Of a stretch of 64,000 bases of DNA, positions 60,301 through 64,000 are shown piece by piece. The position numbers were made by a program, and so were the translations under genes. Each line of letters begins with the position of its first letter. The stretch's first letter is position 1. The notes beneath the pieces are model-generated. The model did not search any database. It had not been told where the DNA came from and worked only from the letters and a program-made list of their open reading frames with translations. Origin of the DNA: an uncultured Actinomycetes bacterium. Lineage in GTDB: Bacteria; Actinomycetota; Thermoleophilia; Gaiellales; Gaiellaceae. The stretch covers positions 77,450 to 141,449 of the forward strand of contig CAVTBX010000005.1 of NCBI GenBank assembly GCA_963733135.1, in the 5' to 3' direction.

Positions 60301-63117
60301 CGTCCCCCGATAGACGTTGTAGCCGGCGAAGTCGACCTCGTTGTTCGACGTCCAGCTGAGCGAGACCTCGCTGTCGCCGGCAGTCGCGGTCGCCGTGGGC
60401 GCTGCGGGCGGCGTCGTGTCGGGCGGAGGCGTTCCGCTCGCGACGTCGACGTAGTTGATCTTCGTGTTAGTACCGCCGGTCGCGTCGAGGGTCAGCCGGC
60501 CGTCGGCCAGCGTCACCGTGCGCGTCGTGGAGGAGAACCGCGTGACCGAGCCGGCGACGCCGCTCGGGACGAACGCGCTGATCGCGTTGACGCCCTCGAT
60601 GTTGATCGTGTGGCTCTCGGGATCCGTCGTGCTGACGTTCGCGTCGCCCGCGCTGACAGTGACGGTGTAGGTGCCGTTCGGAAGGTCGATCTCCCACGAG
60701 CCGGGTAGCGGCGTCCCGTTGAACGTGCCCGAGATGTTGTTGGCCTGCATGTGCATCAGCGTGTCGAGCCGCTGAGCGAGTCCCTGCGAGTCCGAGAAGC
60801 CGCGGTCGCGCCCGTTCCCCGGCGTCGAGCCGCCGACCGAGAGGTCGCGCGGTGTCGTCGTCCCGGGCTCGACCCAGCCGTACGTGAGCCCCGTGCCCTG
60901 ACCCGTCAGGGTTCGGCTTCCGTAGGCCTCGCCGAAGTCCCGCACGTAACCGGTCGGGATCGCAGCGGCCGGGCTCTGGAAGTTGACCTTCACCTCGACG
61001 TCCGGAAGGTCCACGCTGGCCGAGGAGGACAGCGGCGACTCGTTTCCGGACGCGTCGACCGCCGAGACCTTGTAGTGCGAGGTCTGGCCGGGAGGCGCGT
61101 CGTCATCGTCGAAGTCGGAGGCGTCGACGGCGGTCGCCGTCAGCTTCGTGTACGTGCCGTCAGCGGCGTCGCTGCGATACACGTGGTACCCGTCGAGATC
61201 CGTCTCCGTGTTCGCGTCCCAGTCGAGCTCGACCGTCCCGCCGCTGACGACCGCGGCAAGACCCGCGGGTGCTGCGGGCGGCGTCGTGTCGGTCGGAAGC
61301 GGTCGCGTCGCGCTGACCGCGGCGAACCCGGACTCGTTCCCGACCGCGTCGACCGCCGTGACGCGGTAGAACGACTCCTGGCCGGCCGGGGCTTCGCCGT
61401 CGGTGTACTGCGACGCCGTGAGCAGCGTCGGATTGAGCTTGGTGAAGGTCCCGGCGGCCGCGTCGCTCCGGTAGACGTTGAAGCCGGCGAAGTCGCCGTC
61501 CCCGGTGTTGTCGTCCCAGTCGAGGTCGATTCCGGCTTCAGAAGGAGTCGCGCCGAGGTTCGCCGGGTCAGCGGGCGGCGTGACGTCGGCCGCGGAGATG
61601 ATCAGGTAGTTGATCTTGGTGTTCGTGCCGCCGATCGCGTCAACCGTGAGCTTCCCGTCCGAGACCGGCGCCGTGACGGTCGCCGCCTTCCAGCGCGCGT
61701 CGCCGGTCGTCGACGCCGTCACGACGTAGTTGTCGATCGCGTTCACGCCCTCGACGTTGATCTCGTGCGAGGTGGCGTCCGCTCCCGGGTTCGGGTCGCC
61801 GACGGAGACCTCGACGTGGTAAGTGCCGTTCGGAAGAGCTATCTCCCAAGCGCCCGGTAGCGGCGTCCCGTTGAAGCTCGGAAGGTTGTTCCCCTGCATG
61901 TGCATGAACGTGTCGAGCCGCTGGTCGGTCACCCCAGCCGCGTTTCGGTCACGGCCGTTCCCCGGAGTCGAGCCGCCGACCGAGAGATCGCGCGGCGAGC
62001 TCGTCCCCGGCTCGACCCAGCCGAAGCCCTGCGTGTTCGAGTAGTTCTTGCCGTGATCCCGCGTGTAACCGGCCGGAATCGGCGCCGCAAAGCTCTGGAA
62101 GTTGATCTGGACGGGCAGCGAGAAGCTCGGAGGAGCCGCGACGTCCGGCATCGCCCGCGTCGTCGCCGGGGCCGGAGAAACCTTCGAGGCGGCATCGACG
62201 GCGACGACCGCGTAGTAGTAGAGCGTCCCGTTCGTGAGGCCGGTCGAATCCGTGAAGGTCGACGACGTCGGCGTCGCGAGCGGCGTGCCCGTCGTGCTGA
62301 CCGGCTGAGACGTGCTGCGGTAGACGCGGTAGCCGGCGAGGTCGGTCTCGGTGTTGTCGTTCCAGTCCAGAACGACCTGCCCGTCGCTCGACGTCGTCGA
62401 GAGGCTGGCCGGCGTCGCCGGCGGGAGGTCGCTCGAGATCTCGAGGTAGTCGATCTTCGTGTTGGTGCCCGTCAGGCCGTCGATCGTGAGCTTGCCGTCG
62501 TTCACCGTGGTGATGGCGGTCGCGATCCTGTGGCGCGTCGCCGAGCCGTTCGCCCCGCTCGGGACGAAGTTCTGGATGACGTTCACACCCTCCGCGTTGA
62601 TGACGTGGCTCTCGGGATCGGAGCCCGCCTGCGCATCGCCAACGGCAACCGTGACGGCGTACGTGCCGTTCTCGATCACGTACTCCCAAGCCGCCCGGGT
62701 CTTCACCGCCGTCGGGTTCGTGCTCGCGGGCGGGAACTGCATGTGCAGGAGCGTGTTCAGCCTCGCGTCCGCGTTCTGCGTCCGTGCCCTCGAGTTCGGA
62801 ACGATGTCGAGCGGGACAGGCGTCGGCCCGATGCTGTCCTCCCGGATCCAGCCGAAGCCGCGGGTCGCATCGAACGGGAGTCCGATGTCCTTGACGTAGC
62901 CGGCGGGAACCGGAGACGTGTCGGGCTGGAAGTTGATCTTGACCTCGACCGGATCGCCCGGCGCGCCGGCCGCTCCCTGGCCTAGGAGAAGGAGCCCGGC
63001 CAGGACGGCGCCGAAGATGCCCAGACGGCTCCCCCGCTGGGTTCGACGGCCATTTCCAGCCGCGCCAAGGCTGGTAGCCGAGGGCGTAGCCGCCCTACGT
63101 AGTTGCCGCAATTCCAC
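52606..63117 (-). CDS. Giant secreted multidomain protein (malectin-like CBMs, FN3, Ig-like, beta-propeller, choice-of-anchor-D-like, beta-sandwich modules)
   Basis: Single 3,536-codon ORF (52606..63216). The likely start is GTG 63117 (GGGGAG RBS, then the signal peptide RLGIFGAVLAGLLLLGQGAAGAPG). The domain calls come from recognisable sequence patterns, not from a search. Confidence 0.85.
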   Translation of the reverse strand: MELRQLRRAATPSATSLGAAGNGRRTQRGSRLGIFGAVLAGLLLLGQGAAGAPGDPVEVKINFQPDTSPVPAGYVKDIGLPFDATRGFGWIREDSIGPTPVPLDIVPNSRARTQNADARLNTLLHMQFPPASTNPTAVKTRAAWEYVIENGTYAVTVAVGDAQAGSDPESHVINAEGVNVIQNFVPSGANGSATRHRIATAITTVNDGKLTIDGLTGTNTKIDYLEISSDLPPATPASLSTTSSDGQVVLDWNDNTETDLAGYRVYRSTSQPVSTTGTPLATPTSSTFTDSTGLTNGTLYYYAVVAVDAASKVSPAPATTRAMPDVAAPPSFSLPVQINFQSFAAPIPAGYTRDHGKNYSNTQGFGWVEPGTSSPRDLSVGGSTPGNGRDRNAAGVTDQRLDTFMHMQGNNLPSFNGTPLPGAWEIALPNGTYHVEVSVGDPNPGADATSHEINVEGVNAIDNYVVTASTTGDARWKAATVTAPVSDGKLTVDAIGGTNTKINYLIISAADVTPPADPANLGATPSEAGIDLDWDDNTGDGDFAGFNVYRSDAAAGTFTKLNPTLLTASQYTDGEAPAGQESFYRVTAVDAVGNESGFAAVSATRPLPTDTTPPAAPAGLAAVVSGGTVELDWDANTETDLDGYHVYRSDAADGTYTKLTATAVDASDFDDDDAPPGQTSHYKVSAVDASGNESPLSSSASVDLPDVEVKVNFQSPAAAIPTGYVRDFGEAYGSRTLTGQGTGLTYGWVEPGTTTPRDLSVGGSTPGNGRDRGFSDSQGLAQRLDTLMHMQANNISGTFNGTPLPGSWEIDLPNGTYTVTVSAGDANVSTTDPESHTINIEGVNAISAFVPSGVAGSVTRFSSTTRTVTLADGRLTLDATGGTNTKINYVDVASGTPPPDTTPPAAPTATATAGDSEVSLSWTSNNEVDFAGYNVYRGTSSPVDTSGTPLNGGSLLTGTSYVDSTAVNGTTYHYVVQAVDTSGNEADSASVSATPEPDDTSVDLKVNFQSAAAAVPTGYVRDFGEPYGPRTLANQGTGLTYGWVVPGTSTPRDLSVGGSTPGNGRDRNLVADQRLDTLMHMQANNISGTFNGTPLPGSWEIAVPNGAYQVTVAAGDPSVGADPESHTINIEGNSAITNFVPSGAAGSATRSTSATKTVTVSDGRLTLDASGGTNSKVHYVDIASTDIANRPSVTGVTPANGATGVTVDSGVAATVNLPNVGQGVDPATLTSSTVKLTRLSDGVQIPANTNTSGGGDIIVLQPASPLSINTSYRFDVTDGVKDLSGAAFLPFSSTFTTGSGGGGGGGDISFEKVALPNSTGKSFTSLTMGPDGKLYAATIDGEIRRYPLNPDGTTGAAEIINTVKTSNGGNDRMLIGVAFDPSSTADNLILWVSHTFFAFNNGPDWAGKISRLSGPNLGTYQDYVVNLPRSIRDHLTNSISFGPDGALYANQGSNTAMGAPDSAWGLRPERALSAALLRIDVDDISSPPLDVKTEDGGTYDPTASGAPVRVFGSGIRNSYDHVWHSNGQVYVPTNGSAAGGATPATPSPLPASCSNRIDKAANGNYTGPSVAGIGNVSATQNDFLFRVVDGGYYGHPNPQRCEWVLNGGDPTAGTDPAQVSQYPDGTLPDRNWRGFAYDFANNKSPNGVIEYKSNAFGGALQGKLIVTRYSQGDDLIVLTPGGPSNDIVAAQTGITGFTGFSDPLDVTENVANGYLYVTEFAANKITLLRPTGGGVTAPNVAPTPARHIFNDVSGGAASAEKTVTIQNTGNAALTITGLTLGGANASQFQITNQPSLPATVPAGASAQVQLVFNPTSTGPKGATLQIASNDPDTPNATVTLRGLGTAGTGGDLEPSLQWVLDTWEIPVNVGDTDPTNATLGTSPLLGEEIASQRFEKATAGNVTLEPLAVFGPGGPSGTTVAVGHYPSGTPTAKQQLFTVPNTGSQALAPATTGTLAFDPGSTTFSFYSTWPFFSDRDVFGQDTFNTWEPTAANRHKVRVYPLKSAGGGTVPNAYVVATEEHTAGFDYQDVVFIARNVKPATAQADGPEISAAPGELVFSTAKGTTSPTQSVVVTNVGNEPLSISSSTLTGANAGAFTNTGPTPPVDLDPAETATFNIAFAPGAAVTGSLAAALRLVSNDADEGTLDVGLFGLSTNAQGAGDEPPLKQIVDTVGHPVDVGGTGLVLGNGATPIGDEVRAQLFQKAGAGTVTIKPVARYSVNEALPFGSYTLGGADPTFTQRATIAAGQHFTLNPTLSGGSTSFDPGTQTFGLYVDSAATGRKTLTQDGLNTGPVAHAVRVYPAENRAGQPIEDTYVVAFEEAAGSDYQDTVFVVSNVMPASGLSGNVAKINFQTDGATVPAGYTKDAGLGFDATRGFGWVTPGTSTPKDMSSATRERNLVTDQRLDTLILMQGATNGNQGAWEYALPNGSYQVTLSVGDAGFTDSTHRVNVEGVNAINNFVPTTSNLFASATVTVAVADGRLTVDANGGTNTKLNYVDISGTSTGPDTTNPTASVQLSGLSDTPGVYKNKATVTITAADEGGSGLATTAYSLDGSPYQNYTGPFDVTSVGSHTIRARAIDGAGNVTTTAQQSFSVVTPPPSGAEIDLVNQDGEPFADRLVFNRIGSLAAPPTEVAVHDLVKLRVNNVGTQTLQIAALNIVGPWQLDTPPTLPLNLAPGAGVTLNVRFIAESGNVIDGSLTIETNDTDEGSKVVELSGFWQSVSEGGQEPDLVEIMDVFGYQTVIVGPGQQLANEGRLEAIGDEVLSPYWVRVDNTQPVTVRQIAAYHGGGQATVAWWPKGNVSGNTNLATHRGIYRQSVLPLGVGAPTTSASFNPSGAFGFEIQDEWSDPALNDHSVDISKGCVEPCGHHVRFWPLKNRSGVIIPNQYLLTMDSDSINYDYNDNVYIVKNLRPESSGGSDTTPPGVPSGLTGSAGGPTTVNLNWNDVSAADLAGYNVYRSATQNGTYTKVNGPLVSASQYADSSAPANATSWYKVSSVDTTGNESAQSAATSVTTPAPSDTTPPGVPSGLTGTAAGPTTVNLNWNDVSAADLAGYNVFRSATEGGTYSKLNGPLVSPSQYTDATAPAGTTSWYKVSSVDTTGNESAQSAAVSVTTPPTGGGGGMGPYESFTTDAGCGGCQLVWNDPELKATVAGGSSNVDDAFATDDVGGATGLPGRIFTRTMFRFEPGQTLTGQLFVFEVVDVTGKVVYELFLNQNRVLRLSSPAGGLRTTAINESTGVTVPNNGNAVRIEVSALRNSSVVVRVDGVDKVNLTGLTGGTTGNPRYLRVGINELAGSAAQPVTVYHAHVGFSTTDWLGAPGGGGSDTTPPGVPAGLSGSAGGPTTVNLNWNDVSASDLAGYNVFRSATESGTYTKLNGPLVSASQFTDSSAPANATSWYKVSSVDTTGNESTQSTAASVTTPAPTDTTPPGVPAGLAGTATSSTSVDLNWSDVSATDLAGYNVFRSATQSGTYTKLNGPRCLRLSTRTRRRACQFDVVVQGVVG

Positions 63118-63259
63118 AGACTCCCCACAAGCCTTGTAGCACGTCTTTCGAGAAAGTGCCAGTCCTTGACATCTCCGCTTGGCTTCGAACTGGTGACCGA
63201 ATAGAGGCCACAGCACGCAGCGGATCAGTGGAGCTGAGAGGACTTCCTCCCGCCCCTTT

Positions 63260-63300
63260 TTGAGCCATGCCTAAAGCTTCCGGTAATGTTTAGGCATGGC
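63260..63300 (+). promoter_or_regulatory. Sigma-A-like leaderless promoter of the multicopper oxidase, overlapped by a 12-bp perfect inverted repeat
   Basis: TTGAGC (63260-65), N18, TAATGT (63284-89), then 6 nt to ATG 63296. The inverted repeat GCCATGCCTAAA (63264-75) / TTTAGGCATGGC (63289-300) spans the spacer and the start codon. Confidence 0.45.
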
Positions 63301-64000
63301 GAAATCTCGGCTGACACGGCGAATGCTGCTCGCCGGGGCGGCGCCGATCGTCGCCGCCGGCCCCCTCGCCAGACTTGCTTCCGGCGACGACCACGCGGGA
63401 CATCCGGAGGCCGCGAGCGGCGAGGGCTCCGGCCACGCCCGGATAGCAGGCGCACACGGCGGCGGCCACGCAGGACCGACGTTCAAGCTCGGCGAGGTCG
63501 TCGACCACGAGGCCAACGGCTTCAACCCGACGGACATCCTCCGCGACTTCGATTACGGCGTCACGACACGCCTTCCGGGCGGGCGGATTCTCCGGGAGTA
63601 CACGCTCGTCGCCGAGGACAAGGAGCTCGAGCTCGCGCCCGGAGTGAAGTACCCGGCCTGGACGTACAACGGCCGCGTTCCGGGCCCGACGCTGAGAGCG
63701 ACCGATGGCGACCTCATGCGCGTCCGGTTCGTGAACACGTCAGACCATCCGCACACGATTCACTTCCACGGCTTTCACCCGCCCGTGATGGACGGCATCC
63801 CCGGGATCGGGGCCGGGATCATCGAGCCGGGCCAGAGCACGACCTACGAGTTCGAGGCCGAGCCGTTCGGGCTCCATCTCTACCACTGCCATGTCGCGCC
63901 GCTCGCCGAGCACATCGCGCGAGGCCTCTACGGGGCATTCGTCTGCGACCCGAAGGAACCCCGGGCGGAGGCCGACGAGCTGGTCATGGTGATGAACGGG
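63296..64000 (+). CDS. Multicopper oxidase domain protein (two-domain MCO / NirK-like), 3' end cut by window edge
   Basis: My own translation, since this ORF is not in the track: MAKSRLTRRMLLAGAAP (Tat-like), a His-rich linker, HTIHFHGFH (HxH) and LYHCHVAPLAEH (HCH) copper motifs. The frame is open to nt 64000. Confidence 0.8.
   Translation, partial: MAKSRLTRRMLLAGAAPIVAAGPLARLASGDDHAGHPEAASGEGSGHARIAGAHGGGHAGPTFKLGEVVDHEANGFNPTDILRDFDYGVTTRLPGGRILREYTLVAEDKELELAPGVKYPAWTYNGRVPGPTLRATDGDLMRVRFVNTSDHPHTIHFHGFHPPVMDGIPGIGAGIIEPGQSTTYEFEAEPFGLHLYHCHVAPLAEHIARGLYGAFVCDPKEPRAEADELVMVMNG

Noticed and set aside
51939-63216. Highly repetitive DNA that could be mistaken for a CRISPR array or satellite
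   Set aside because: The repeats are 0.3-1.2 kb, imperfect and in frame, and they encode recognisable protein domains (malectin-like, FN3). There are no short direct repeats with unique spacers anywhere in the window.

Overview
High-GC (roughly 68-70 % by eye) actinobacterial-type chromosome segment. The gene content looks like Thermoleophilia/Rubrobacteria-like Actinomycetota, but that taxon is only a guess.

Layout:
- (1) 1-3.3 kb: modABC, a GFA-family protein and ferritin.
- (2) 4.1-8.0 kb: a tightly overlapping seven-gene minus-strand operon. It encodes ferredoxin reductase, ferredoxin, a ferric-reductase-like di-heme membrane protein, the ApbE flavin transferase and three small exported low-complexity proteins.
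- (3) 8.1-10.2 kb: an OmpR-type response regulator and histidine kinase, then a MidA methyltransferase and a DUF2277 protein.
- (4) 11.5-31.4 kb: a complete type IV pilus locus. It holds pilC, pilT-pilMNO plus a PilP-like gene, pilA, pilB, pilD, three pseudopilins, a second PilT, an SLT-M23 wall hydrolase, an XRE-TPR regulator and unknown membrane proteins. No secretin is present.
- (5) 31.6-33.9 kb: tRNA-Tyr, a YbaK deacylase, a holin-X/DUF3618 cluster, tRNA-Thr and a 3' tRNA-Thr remnant.
- (6) 33.8-51.8 kb: an accessory-looking stretch. It holds an MMPL transporter, several gene fragments, small detox-type enzymes, an adenylate cyclase, ArsR-SRPBCC, a sulfite-oxidase-like enzyme, a DUF4331/Dyp peroxidase operon, TetR with a hydrolase-glycosyltransferase fusion, and DUF1360.
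- (7) 51.9-63.2 kb: one giant (about 3,700 aa) secreted multidomain protein.
- (8) 63.3-64.0 kb: the start of a multicopper oxidase.

The strongest signal I found: eight pilus transcription units carry the same T[ACT][AG][AG]G-N15-GCCGAT promoter motif, which matches the FliA/SigD/WhiG (sigma-28) consensus. Most of them sit 7-10 nt from the start codon, which suggests leaderless mRNAs.

Four exported-protein genes are interrupted by small indels. I saw no CRISPR array, rRNA, transposase or integrase. The many long antisense ORFs in the track are GC-driven shadow ORFs.
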